From Octopus sinensis (Eukaryota): a stretch of DNA of 64,000 nucleotides. Made by a program: the position numbers and the translations under genes. This document shows, in pieces, positions 11,904 through 25,257 of the stretch; positions within the stretch are counted from its first letter, which is position 1, and every line of letters starts with the position of its first letter. The stretch covers positions 37,076,001 through 37,140,000 of the forward strand of contig NC_043012.1 in assembly GCF_006345805.1 (NCBI RefSeq), read 5' to 3'. The notes below the pieces were generated by a model. The model was given only the letters and a program-made list of their open reading frames with translations. It was not told where the DNA came from and searched no databases.

Positions 11904-13899
11904 CATATACATACACACATATATTACATATATTATCTATATATAGAAGTAAAAATATGGACCTGCTGACTTCAGTTGATGCTGTGTTCAGAACGTAAGA
12001 GAGAGAGAGAGGAGAGAGAAATGGAGAGAGAAAGAAGAGAGACATAAAGTGAGGAGGGAGAGAGAGAGAGAGAGTGAGAGCGAGAGAGAGAGGCAGTGAA
12101 ATAGATAGAGTAAGACTATTAGACTTTCCCAGCTGATTGGTCTCATGATGTGGTGTCCCCTGAGATGTTTTCTGACTTCACAAACTCCCCAACTTGTCGC
12201 CTCTCGGCGCCAACTCCACCCTCCACATTTACTTTAGATATCTGTAAACTCTTCTCTAAAGTGGCATCCCCTTTACCAAACTTGGACTCTCCTTAGAACT
12301 TCCATGCACTGCCACTTGGAATAATCCTGCAAATTCTTGCATGTCTATACTCATCTCATACATATCTGGGCAGATTTCGGCAGGTTTATTTAGCAACTTT
12401 GTGCTGATTCAGGCAGTAAATCAGGTTAATTTATGCCAGGACGAGTCCATTGTCGAGGAGAGGAGGGGAAACCCCAACAACTTGACACACCCTTATTATC
12501 TTAAAAGTAAACTGGCCCCTTTACACCTTTCCTTTTCCAGTTGACATGTTGTGATCCCACCCCCTTTTTTTATCTTCTTACGAATCAGGTCACGGCTGCT
12601 GATAAACAGAACTCCACCGACTCCTCCCTAAAAATCAATAATATATGATCCTCGCTTTCCAATAGCAGAATAGTAGGTCAATACAGCTGAGCGGTGGGGG
12701 AGGGTGGTGGTGGTGGTGGTGATGGTGAGGGAGAAAGAGAGAAAGGGAGATGGAGAAAGGGGTGGAGGTGAGTAAGCTGTTGTGTTATTAAGCTCCTTGT
12801 TTATCTGGACCGAATGCAACAGATGACTGCAGTAAGTAGGGCGGGCGAAAGAGTGCAGCAGCATTGCACACGCATGTCTTGACCCGTTTCCTCAATGGTG
12901 CTACATAATTAACCCAGATTAACGACACACCCATCTTTGATAATGAGCCAGATATAAATGATGACTGTTCCATTCTCTGCGAAAGGAATGGTCAATTTCA
13001 AAAATTTCAAAACTTTTAGCAATAATTCTCGGCAAATCACAAATAAAATCACAAATAAAATTAAGCAAAACAACAACAAAAAAAGAGCAAAAAAAAACTA
13101 TAAAATAAATCAATAAAATTTTCATTTAGTTTTAATATTTTCCTTGCTAATCTCCTGTCACCAAGGTTATGAGAGATTAACCCTCCAAATGGCGCCATAA
13201 AAAATGGTATAATGGAGCAGCGAGATAATAAAGAGGCTTTTATGTGGTGGACTGACTTGCTAGAAATAGTAGCTGAATTGCTTTAAAATCACTTCGTGCT
13301 GTCTTTAATGAGGAAAAAACACTTTAGAGAATGTAGTGTTACCAGTAACATATGCTTAAAATTGATAGGATGGTCATGGTTGGAAAACCTTTGATTATGA
13401 GTCCACTCAATCAGGGTTGCCCTGGTTATAAGCACCATCATCAATAACATCAACGTCCACAAAAACAAGAACATCAACAACAACAAAAATAACAATTCTG
13501 TAAAGCACAATCAGGGCTCAGTTTGTTTGCTATCCCAGCATTCCATTTTCAATAAAACAAAGTGAATTAGGGGCCACTAAAGAATGAACAACTGCTTACT
13601 ATCACGTGATAGCGAAGTCACGTGGCTTAATGGTTAGGGTGTTCAGTTCACGATTCTAAGGTCATGAGTTCAATTCCCAGTGGTGTCCTTGAGCAAGACA
13701 CTTTATTCCACGTTGCTCCACTCCACTCACCTGGCAAAAGTGAGTTGTGTCTGTAATTCAAAAGGGCCATCCATGTCACACTGAATCTCCCCGAGAATGA
13801 CATTAAGGTCTGTGGAGTACTCAGCCACTTGCACATTAATATCACGAGCAGGCTGTTCCGCTGACCAGACCAAACGGGACCCTTGTCGTACCCGACAAA

Positions 13900-14060
13900 A
13901 GGAAAATATCACCAGTCCGTACGGTCCTTTGTTATCTCCTCCATCAAATGCTGCCTCTTCAGGTCACCCTTGGACATCCAGTCTTCCCAGGACCCCCTCT
14001 TCTACAGGATCCACTCATTCAGAGTGCTCAACACTTCCTCGTCCACCGTATACATCAGAT
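13900..14060 (-). mobile_element. Degenerate RTE LINE C-terminal fragment
   Basis: GSCRRGGPGKT...KGDLKRQHLMEEITKDRTDW, matching the RTE C-terminal pattern. Confidence 0.5.
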
Positions 14061-14062
14061 GC

Positions 14063-14455
14063 GTGGAGGCGCAATGGCCCAGTGGTTAGGGCAGCGGACC
14101 CGTGGTCGGAGGATCACGGTTTCGATTCCCAGACTGGGCGTTGTGTGTGTTTATTGAGCGAAAACACTTAAAGCTCCATGAGGCTCCGGCAGGGGGTGGT
14201 GGCGATCCCTGTTGTACTCTTTCCCCTCAACTTTCTCTCACTCCACTCTTACTTCCTGTTTCTGTTGTACCTGTATTTCAAGGGGCCGGCCTTGTCACTC
14301 TCTGTGTTACGCTGAATATCCCTGAGAACTACGTTAAGGGTGCACGTGTCTGTGGAGTGCTCAGCCACTTACACGTTAATTTCATGAGCAGGCTGTTCCA
14401 TTGATTCGGATTAACCGGAACCCTCATCGTCGTAACCGACGGAGTGCTTCCACAT
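14063..14455 (+). mobile_element. tRNA-derived SINE, family C (also 32338-32600 + and 33770-34052 -)
   Basis: ggaggcgcaatggcccagtggttagggcagcggac...ggtttcgattccc A/B boxes and a shared body. Confidence 0.8.
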
Positions 14456-15714
14456 CAGAGGCCCATACCAACACAATCTTCTTTCCTGCACACCACAGAA
14501 AAGAAGGTTGCACTCATCCCCCTCCCCTGTCCTTCTCTCACCTCATTTCTTCTCTGGTGTTCATCTATTGAAGTCTCCTAACCTTCATTGCTTTCCAAAT
14601 CTTTCCAAGTCTTCTGCATTCAAAGCATGTCTTGCATCCATGCAACATTATTATTCCAACACAAACATCATACAATCTGACCTTCAATTTGAAAGGGGGG
14701 GACCCTTTGTTGCTAGCAGTGGTAATAGTGTCTGGGAGCTTTTCCCAGTCCTTTCTTACACTGGCTACTACACTTTTGGAGCAATCGCCTCTAAGCACCT
14801 GTGCCGGTGCCAGGTAAAAAGCACCTGTGCTGGTGCCACACAAAAAGTACTTTGTACATTCCGTAAAGTTGTTGGCATTAGGAAAGGCAGCCAGCTGTAG
14901 GGATCATGCCAAAACAGACATGGTGCCAGGTGCAGCCCTCTGGCTTGCCAGCTGCTGTCAAACCATCCAACCCATGCCAGCATGGAAAGCAAATGTTAAA
15001 GGTTGATAACAATGATGATGATAATGAGGTCAAGGAAACTATCACATTATGTGTAGAGAGGGATCCAGGCATTCCAGAGAATCTATTTTTGGTGTGCTCA
15101 TTGTATTTACTGCTCCAGCATGTCCGTCACTTACAAAGCTTACCTTCTCTGTTAGTCTACCTGTGATTCTACCACATCTCTTGTGTGTCCATGGCTTGTA
15201 CTGGACAAATATATTTTTTAAGGGTTTGGTCAGGAGGTTAACAGTCTGTACTCGGGGATCCTTCAAAAACCACCAAAGACCAGAACAAAAGAAAGATTCA
15301 GATTTGAGGGTTTAAACATGTGAAAACCTGGCTGACCTTTTGATGAAATAATCTGGAAATTCAGTTTCTGGAATATCGGAAGGAGATGTTTGGAGTCTTT
15401 GCACGAAATTATCAGTTGTGACTGGGTTTCATCGAATGTCTTGGAGGAACTGGAAAATCAGAAAAGATTTGATTGAGATTAATTCAAGACTGCAAGAGAA
15501 TCATCAATGATGTAGAAATGGCTTTATAAGAGAGAAGATGTCATTTAACATAGAAAGAAATCGGAATTGGTACACTGGGATGAGGGGGTGGGGTATGGGA
15601 GTGGCGTATAAGTTCATTCATGTTTTTCCACTGGGCACTCTGGTGCCATATGTTTAAAAAGAGGCAAAATTTATTCAAATTTCAAATGAAGTTGATAATG
15701 ATAATGGAATTAAT

Positions 15715-16010
15715 GTATACAGTGCTCAGGTGCACCACAAATTGTCAGAAAGTGCGTATAAAGTGTATGCAGTAATGTACAAATGTCTGGGAAGTGAACA
15801 GTGTAGGAGTCAGATACATGCTTGCGTGTGTTTGGAGGGGAGAAAAGCAGGTGTAGTGTTGGCTAATCTCAGGAAGCATGGAAGTTTTGAAGGATGCAGT
15901 GCTCCGACAACTAACAACTGATGCTGGCAGTTTGTTCCATGCTTCAGCAGCTCTTAGCGTGAAAAAATGTTCCCAAAAGTCATGGGAGCTGTGCTGAGGA
16001 AGAATAGAAT
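15715..16010 (-). mobile_element. CR1-clade LINE 3' end, same family as 9996-10470
   Basis: QHSSHDFWEHFFTLRAAEAWNKLPASVVSCRSTASFK. Confidence 0.8.
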
Positions 16011-16689
16011 TACAAACAGACAAAAAAAAAAGAAATATTTTCCCATGCTGGTGCCATGTAAAAAGCAGAGGCGTTGGTGTGATGTAAAAAGCACTCAGTC
16101 CATTCTGTAAAGTGGTGGGTGTTAGGAAGCGGGGTGTCCTGCTGCAGAAACCATGCTAAAGCAGACAATTACAGTTTGGAACAGTTCTCCGACTTCCCGG
16201 CTCTCGTCAAACTGTCCAACCCATGCCAGCATAAAAAAACGGATGTTGGATTATGATGGCGATGATGATAACTTAATTCTAATCACATTGTAGACAATTA
16301 AATTAATTGGCTGGGGGGACGACCCCACCAAAAACAAATGACTTCATTTGGCAACCCATCAGGAGGAAGAGGTCCAGTGGTATGGAGGTGGGGGGGGGGA
16401 GGATTGGCATGATGGTAAAATCCTTAGCTCTGTGGTACCCTATAAAATGATGGTTTGATAGAATTACTAGAGGGATCAGCAGTAAAGTACCTTGTGGTAC
16501 ATGATTCTGATCCTTTACATTCCAAGCTGAAATCCTGCCAAAATCATCTTTTTACCTTCCATCCTTTCAGAATCAGTAAAAGAAAGTACCTGTCAGGAAG
16601 AGGTACTTTATTTCTTTGATGGTATGATGGTATTGGTCACTCCCTCTTCCTCAAAACTTGCTGGTCTTATGTCTAAACTAGCAAAACTA

Positions 16690-16780
16690 ATCACTTAGTT
16701 TTCTGATTGCAGCCCTTCCCTGAAATCTGGCTTTGTGCAGCTTCTGGTGAACAGTTTTTGTAGGTGGGTGGGTAGGGACG
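16690..16780 (-). mobile_element. Tc1 transposase fragment
   Basis: QKLFTRSCTKPDFREGLQSEN closely matches the Tc1 copy at 18150-18215. Confidence 0.6.
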
Positions 16781-17801
16781 GTCCACCCCGGGCAGCACTT
16801 TCAAAGGCAATATATGTTTCTGTGGGGGTCTGGGGGTGGCAAACAGAAGGACCGCCCAAGGTGGCACACACACTAGCTATTCTAGCACAACTAATTACCA
16901 TGGTAACTGTGACATTCATTAATGTACTGTAAATTAACGAATCAAGAGGGAGATTTCAAATCAATTAGTGGCCCCTTAAGTCACTGATTTTAAAATTGTA
17001 GGGGTGCAAATGTCATTTATAATTTCTGTAGCACAAAAAAATAATTAATACCACAAAGTAGACATTTTTTGGTATTTCTTTTGTTCCTGACTATTAATCT
17101 ATGAAACAGTTTAAAAAGCAAAAACTGTACACAGGCCTAGCTACAGGTGCAAATACAGGTGTGTAGTTAAGATGTTCGTTTACCAACAGCATGGTTTCAA
17201 GTTCAGTTCCAATGAATGGAACCTTAGGCAAGTATTTTCTACTACAGCCTTGGGCCAAGAAAAAACCATGTGTGTCGATTTGGTAAACAGAAACCAAGTG
17301 AGTGATGGGGGGGACGGCTGTGTGGTAAGAAGCTTGCTTACCAACCACATGGTTCCAGGTTCAGTCCCGCAGTGTGGAACTTTGGGCAAGTGTCTTCTAC
17401 AATAGCTTTGGGCCAACCAAAGCCTTGTGAGTAGATTTGGTACATGGAAACTGAAAAGAAGCCTATTGTGTATGTATATATATATATATATATATATTTA
17501 TATTTGTGTAACATTGTCTGTTTTTTCTGTCCTTGCTTTCGTATACATTCAATGTTTTCTTCCAAGGAATCTAATGCTCTTAGATTAGTTTTTTCCTTGG
17601 GGCTGGCCAGATTGGAGCGGTCTCAAGATTAATCAGCCAAAATTGCGAGGATGATCCGGTTCTTGATTGAGGATAGAAAGCTTCAAATGACCCGTCCTTG
17701 TTTTTTTGTATTATCTATCTGGGTGTTTTGCTGTCCTTTTTTGTATCACCTAGTTGTCTGGATGTTTTGCGTTCTTGTCCCATTTTGTGTATGTATGTAT
17801 G

Positions 17802-17849
<48 letters not shown>

Positions 17850-17860
<11 letters not shown>

Positions 17861-18865
17861 TTCATTAGAATGACAGATCTATTGGACTTTCAAAGAGGTC
17901 AAATTGTTGGTGCTCGTATGGCAGGTGCTAGCATATTGAAAACAGCCAAAATATTTGGTGTATTAAGAAGTACTGACTTGAAAGTAATGACAGCCTCTGA
18001 GAAAGAGGGAAACACCTCCTCGTCAAAACAAAACTTTCAGAAAGGGACCATCAGATTCTTATGCGAATTGTTAGAAAGGATCACTAAAGTACAGCTCCCA
18101 AAATTACTGCAGAGCTTAATGACCAGCTTGAGAGGCCAGTTTCCACAAAAACTGTTCACCAGGAGCTGCACAAAGCTGGATTTCATGGGAGGGCTGCAAT
18201 CAGAAAACCACTACTTTCAAAAACAAACATTGCAAAGCATTTAGAGTGGAGTAAAAACCTACAGAATTGGTCCCTAGAGCAGTGGAAGAATGTTATTTTC
18301 TCAGATGAGTCGTCCTTTACCTTATTTCCAACCACCAGATGAGTATATGTGTGGAGACAGCCAAAAGAAGCATTTGACTCACACTGCCTTCCTCCAACTG
18401 TTAAACACGGAGCAGAATTAATATTCAAGACTATTTAAGCATTTTATCTGATCAAATTCATCCGATGGTTGCGGAACTGTTTCCGGAGGGAAACACCATC
18501 TTTCAGGATGATGATGCACCAATTCACACAGCTAAAGTTGTTATTGAATGGCATGAAGAACATTCTAGCAAAGCGGAACATGTTATCTGGCCACCACAGT
18601 CCCCAGATCTTAATATTATTGAACATTTATGGTGCATTTTAGAAAAACAAGTAAGGAGTTGATATCCTCCACCATCATCACTACAACAACTGGAGACTGT
18701 TTTAGCTGAAGAATGGATAAAAATTCCATTGGAAACAATTCAAACTTTGTACGAGTCCATACCTCGTAGAATTCAAGATGTAATTACTGCCAAAGGTGGT
18801 CCTATCCCATATTAAAATAAATTTGTTTGAAATTTTAAGGTGTTTCCATTATTCTGTCCAACTCC

Positions 18866-18867
<2 letters not shown>
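17850..18867 (+). mobile_element. Defective Tc1/mariner DNA transposon with its 3' terminus retained
   Basis: MTDLLDFQRGQIVGARMAGAS (HTH), FSDESSF, IFQDDDAPIH, WPPQSPDLNIIEHLW; frameshifts and stops; ends ggtgtttccattattctgtccaactcc-TA. Confidence 0.92.
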
Positions 18868-18902
<35 letters not shown>

Positions 18903-19939
18903 GTATATATTTATGCATATGTATATATTTATGTGTGTGTGTTTGTGTCTGTTTGTTCCCACCACCATCACTTGAGAAACGATGTTGGTGTGTTTATGTC
19001 CCCTGTAACTTAGTGGTCCAGCACAAGAGACCGATAAACCAAGCACGGGGTCGTTTTCTTCAATTAAAAGGTGGTGCTCCAGCAAGGCCACAGTCAAATG
19101 ACTGAAACGAGTAAAAGAATGTGTTTGAATGTATATATGCGTGTATGCACACATGCATGTGTATATGTATGTCTTGGCATTGTGTGGTGGTTGCAAACGA
19201 ACATCACCGTCATACAAATGGTGTCGCTTCTTTATCCATCTTCCCTGAAAACACGTTTGGCCATGGAAAAAATATTACCTTGTTTGGAAACAGGTAAAGG
19301 CTAGTGGCAGGAGGCCTATTTGGACAACTGGAATGAAGCGGTTACCATTTCGCGAAATTTAGATCAGTTCACTCAAACAAACACAGACAAAACCCCATAA
19401 AAAAACTATCAAGGGAGGCTACTCTTGACTCTAAGAGTTACGTACCTTAGTACTTAAAAAAATCGTTTATTTATTTGAGAAGAGGGAATCAAAGACAAGG
19501 CTCCCTCGAGCAATAGAAGTCATAATTTCAGGGAGTTTTGATTGCTATTTCTAGCAGTTCGAGTGACCATGCAAAGGTTCCTTTCATAACACGTGATCCT
19601 TTTAATCGATAATGACAAAGGTTTCTGATTTAGGCGCAAGGACTTTGAGGGGGAGAGGAGGAGGAAGTGGTCAGCAACAACAACAACAACAATTCTGTCT
19701 GTCAAAGGCACGGCGCCTAGAATTTTGGTGGGAATCAGTGGTTCAATTCCCTTGACCCCTTTGCACAACTGTTGCTCATGTTGTTGACCATGGAAAGATG
19801 ATAGGCTAGGTTGACCCCCAGCAGCATTTGAACTCTGAACAGAGAGAACCAGAATATAAGCTGATGAGCATTTTGTCCAAAGCTTTAACCATTCTGCTAG
19901 CTTCTCAAATAATAATAATAATAATAATAATTACTCTTA

Positions 19940-20140
19940 CTCTTTTACTTGTTTCAGTCATTTGACTGCGGCCATGCTGGAGCACCACCTTTAGTCGAGC
20001 AAATCGACCCCAGGACTTATTCTTTGTAAGTCCAGTACTTATTCTATCGGTCTCTTTCGCCGAACCGCTAAGTGACGGGGACGTAAACACACAAGCATCG
20101 GTTGTCAAGCAATGCTAGGGGGACAAACACAGACACACAA

Positions 20141-20175
<35 letters not shown>

Positions 20176-20347
20176 CATATACACGACAGGCTTCTTTCAG
20201 TTTCCATCTACCAAATCCACTCACAAGGCATTGGTCGGCCCGGGGCTATAGCAGAAGACACTTGCCCAAGATGCCACGCAGTGGGACTGAACCCGGAACC
20301 ATGTGGTTGGTTAGCAAGCTACTTACCACACAGCCACTCCTGCGCCT
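19940..20347 (-). mobile_element. Full-length SINE family A, close to consensus
   Basis: Reverse complement of the 7475-7882 family with intact CpGs. Confidence 0.85.
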
Positions 20348-20356
20348 ATAATAATA

Positions 20357-20391
<35 letters not shown>

Positions 20392-21109
20392 GATAATATT
20401 TTTTTGTATTCTTAGCCACAGAAAAACAAAATTCTTGTAAAGCATCGGGATTAATAAAACTGACAGGTCTTTTAGGGAGAATTTCTCAGTGAATTATAAT
20501 CAACATTACCTAGGGACGCCATTCTAAAGAATCACAACAGTTAAACCAGTGTTAACATACATTAAGCACAAGGAAAGTTTATGCTTCACTGAAGAGGTCT
20601 AACAAGATTGGAACAAGTCCATATTTACCTCGGTGATTACCAAAGACCAGATACATTTAATACTGACACCTGAGTTAATTGGTTTTCAATCCTGTTATTT
20701 GCATATTATTAATTAAAATTTTAACTGATTAAAATTTTGTCACAGAGTTGTCTCCCCTTTGCCTTTGTGCGATTTAATTAACATTCATCACTAAATTTTA
20801 ATTTCTGTCTCTTCCACATTAAAAATCTCATCATAATTAATTGACGAATATATTTTTTCTCTTTAAATTAAACATATTAATACTCATTAAGATTATATTT
20901 TAATTATAAAAGGATTGGATTAGAAAAAACAAAAAAATTAACTAAATATGCATGGTTGTGTGGTTAAGAAGCTTGCTTCCCAACCACATGGTTCCAGGTT
21001 CAATCCCACTGCATGGTACCTTGGGCAAGTGTCTTCTATTATAACCCCAGGCTGACCAAAGCCTTGTGAGTGGATTTGGTAGCTGGAAATTAATAGAAGC
21101 TTGGCTTGT

Positions 21110-23040
21110 TTTGTGTGTGTGTGTGTTTGCCCACCACCACCACCACCACCACCATCTCTACCACTTGACAACCGGTGTTGGTGTGTTTACATCCGGTAAC
21201 TTTGTGGTTTGGCAAAAAGGGACCAATAAAATAAGCATCAAGTTTATAGAGATAGGTCCTGGGAGGTCGATTCATTTGATTAAAAACTCTTTGAGGCAGT
21301 GCCCCAGCATGGCCACAGTCAAATGATGTGGTCTGAAAGATAAAAGCATGGCCGTGTGGTTAAGGAACTCACTTTGCATCTACAAGGTTCCGGGTTCAGT
21401 CCCAACCCGTGGCACCCTGGGCAAGTGTCTTCTACTATAACCCCAGGCCGACCAAAGCCTCGTGAGTGGATTTGGTAGATGGAAACTAGGTGGAATCCTG
21501 TCAAATCTTTTCCCTTACCAACCCTTTTTTATTATTTGTTTAAGGCCATTGGACTGTGGCCATGCTGGAGCACTGCTTTGAAGTGTTTAACCAAGAAAAT
21601 TGACTTAAGTACTCATTTTTAGAACTTGATACTTATTCCATCAGTTATATTTTGCCAAACAGCTAAGTTATGGGGGACATAAACAAACCAACACTGGTTG
21701 AACATATGTATACACACATACATTAATATATATACACACACAAGCACACACATAACAGGCTTCTTTCAGTTTCCGTCTACCAAATCCATGCCCAAGGATT
21801 TGGTTGGCCCAAGGCTATGTTAGAAGACACTTGCCCAAGGTGCCACGCAGTGGGACTGAACCTGGAACCATGTGGCTGGGAAGGAAGCTTCTTACCACAC
21901 AGCCACACTTGAGGGCTTCTTTCAGTTTCCATGTACGAAATCCACTCACAAGACTTTGGTCAGCCTGAGGCCAGAGTAGAAGACACTTGCCCACCGTGCC
22001 ATGCAGTGGGACTGAACCCAGAACCATGTTGTTGGGAAACAAGCTTCTTACAAAACAGCCAATGTGTGTGTGTGTGTGTGTGTGTTTGCCCACCACCACC
22101 ACCACCACCACCATCTCTACCACTTGACAACCGGTGTTGGTGTGTTTACATCCGGTAACTTTGTGGTTTGGCAAAAAGGGACCAATAAAATAAGCATCAA
22201 GTTTATAGAGATAGGTCCTGGGAGGTCGATTCATTTGATTAAAAACTCTTTGAGGCAGTGCCCCAGCATGGCCACAGTCAAATGATGTGGTCTGAAAGAT
22301 AAAAGCATGGCCGTGTGGTTAAGGAACTCACTTTGCATCTACAAGGTTCCGGGTTCAGTCCCAACCCGTGGCACCCTGGGCAAGTGTCTTCTACTATAAC
22401 CCCAGGCCGACCAAAGCCTCGTGAGTGGATTTGGTAGATGGAAACTAGGTGGAATCCTGTCAAATCTTTTCCCTTACCAACCCTTTTTTATTATTTGTTT
22501 AAGGCCATTGGACTGTGGCCATGCTGGAGCACTGCTTTGAAGTGTTTAACCAAGAAAATTGACTTAAGTACTCATTTTTAGAACTTGATACTTATTCCAT
22601 CAGTTATATTTTGCCAAACAGCTAAGTTATGGGGGACATAAACAAACCAACACTGGTTGAACATATGTATACACACATACATTAATATATATACACAACA
22701 CAAGCACACACATAACAGGCTTCTTTCAGTTTCCGTCTACCAAATCCATGCCCAAGGATTTGGTTGGCCCAAGGCTATGTTAGAAGACACTTGCCCAAGG
22801 TGCCACGCAGTGGGACTGAACCTGGAACCATGTGGCTGGGAAGGAAGCTTCTTACCACACAGCCACACTTGAGGGCTTCTTTCAGTTTCCATGTACGAAA
22901 TCCACTCACAAGACTTTGGTCAGCCTGAGGCCAGAGTAGAAGACACTTGCCCACCGTGCCATGCAGTGGGACTGAACCCAGAACCATGTTGTTGGGAAAC
23001 AAGCTTCTTACAAAACAGCCAATGTGTGTGTGTGTGTGTT
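21110..23040. repeat. Direct tandem duplication of a ~960-bp unit (2 copies)
   Basis: Identical ORFs at offsets 959-960 (21319/22278, 21931/22891); junctions lie in (TG)n tracts. Confidence 0.92.
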
Positions 23041-24410
23041 GTGTGTGTTTGTGTTTGTCCCTGCCACTCACCATTGTTTGACAACCAGTGTTGGTTGGTA
23101 GACATCCCCATAACTTAGCAGCTCAGCAAAAAAGACTGACAGAATAAGTATCTAGCTTAAAGAAATAAGTCCTGGGGTTGATTTGTTTGACTAAACCCCT
23201 TAAGGTGGTGCCCCAGCTTGGCCGCAGTCAAATCACTGAAACAAGTAAAGGCAAAAAAATATTATACCTAATTACTGTTTAGTAGCAAGCTGCCCAGCCC
23301 TGATTGGACAGATATGTATCAAAAGCATTCCAACCATGACCAGCCTGTCTTTTTTTGGGGGGGTGGTGTCTTTTTTTACAAACATCTGTTTTAAAGACAG
23401 TAGCTTGTTGTTTGAGGAGAGATTTAGCTGTTGTTTCTAGCGAGTTGAATGGCCATGGAGAGGCCGACTTTATTGACTCGTTAATATGAAACTCATTTAG
23501 GCTGGTGCTTCATCATTTTAATTAAATTGCTGTCTTTCTTTCATGTAATGAGCACGTGCATGCACACACACACACATACATGCATGCATGCATACACGCA
23601 TGTGCACACACACACATGCATGCATGCACGTGTACACACACACATGCACGTGTACACACACACATGCATGTGCACACACGCATGCACGCATGTGCACACA
23701 CACACACGCATGCACGCATGTGCACACACACACATGGATATAAATATAGACAAACAGACTCATGCACAAAAGTACACACACACACACGCACACAGTGGTC
23801 TTTAGAATATCCCTCGAACCCTTTCCTGCAAGTTGTTGTTGTTGCTTAGCTACAGGAGTCCTAATATGACCACCCTGTTAATATTATATATCAGAGGGGA
23901 AGGTGGTGAGCAGGCAGAATGGTTAGCGGTCTTTCGTCTGCCACTACATTCTGGGTTCAAACTTTGCTAAGGTAGACTTTGCCTTTTATCCTTTCAGGGT
24001 TGATAAATTAAGTACCAGTTGCATACTGGGGTCATGTGATTGACTAGTTCCCTCCCCCAAATTTCCAAGAGGTAAGCTGAAATTTTTTATGTTCGCTGCC
24101 CACACACATCTTTGCTAGGATATATATATATCTGGTAAATGGAAACTGAAAGAAGCCTGTCATATGTATATATATATATATATGTATGTGTGTGAATATG
24201 TTTGTGTGTCTGTGTTTGTCACACCCCCCACCCAATATCACTTGACAACCGACGGTGGAGTGTTTATGTCCCTGTAACTTAGCGGTTCAGCAAAAGAGAC
24301 CAGTAGAATAAGTACTAGGCTTACAAAGAATAAGTCCTGGGTTCGATTTGTTCGACTAAAGGCAGTGCTCCAGCATGGCCACAGTCAAAATGACTGAAAC
24401 AAGTAAAAGA

Positions 24411-24449
<39 letters not shown>

Positions 24450-25242
24450 CTTTGGTCGGCCCGAGGCTATAGTAGAAGACACTTGCCCAAGGTGACACAC
24501 AGTGGGAATGAACCTGGAACCTTTGTGGATGGTAAGCAAGCTACTTACCACACATCCAGTAAGTCAGACTGGTGTCTAGTGCAGCCACTAAGCTTACCAC
24601 CCCGGGTCAAACTCTCCAAACCATGCCAGCACGGACAACGGACGTATGATGATGATGAAACATAAGTAGCTAACACTCTATCTATTTATATGTACACATA
24701 TACATGTATATACATGTGTGTGTGTGTGTGTATACTTACACATACACACACATATACAAACAAGCACACACACACACACTCACAGAGTACGATAGGCAAA
24801 CAGGTATTCGTACACACACACACACACTCACACACACACATGTAGACATGGATCCACATGTTGTGTAATAATAAAGTGATGCATGACAGCAAACAACATC
24901 ATTGTTGTTTTTTGTTATTCTTTTTTTGCGACTTCTGCTCACATGTTGTGCCACTTCACTCTGAGTGTCACACTTGTCTAAGTATGTGACACACACGTGA
25001 CACATTTGTCGGTATATGCATGTATGTATGTACGTACAAGCATGTGTGTGTGTCTGTGCATGTGTCTGTGTGTGTGGAGGGCACTTGTATGTATGTACAT
25101 GCATAGGTTAGCACATGTGTGTGTGTGTGTGTGTTTGTGTATGTGTGAACTTGTTACCAGTTTCAAACCCCTTTGTGCTTCCATACACAAGATACAAATG
25201 ACTGTTTGTCAACTGTTTTAGCAATCTGACTCGGTAAACATC

Positions 25243-25257
25243 GTTTCCCATGGCAAC
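25243..25257. promoter_or_regulatory. RFX X-box-like site GTTGCCATGGGAAAC (minus-strand reading)
   Basis: Palindromic match to the RFX consensus in non-repeat sequence. Confidence 0.35.

Noticed and set aside
11639-12045. Several 78-93 aa YI/IY-rich ORFs, with similar ones at 27.4k, 29.5k, 40.6k, 50.3k and 52.9k
   Set aside because: Translations of (TA)n/(TATG)n microsatellites.
20585-20625. CTGAAGA...GGAACAAGTC hammerhead-like string
   Set aside because: GGAA instead of GAAA, GU-rich stem II and no adjacent stem I.
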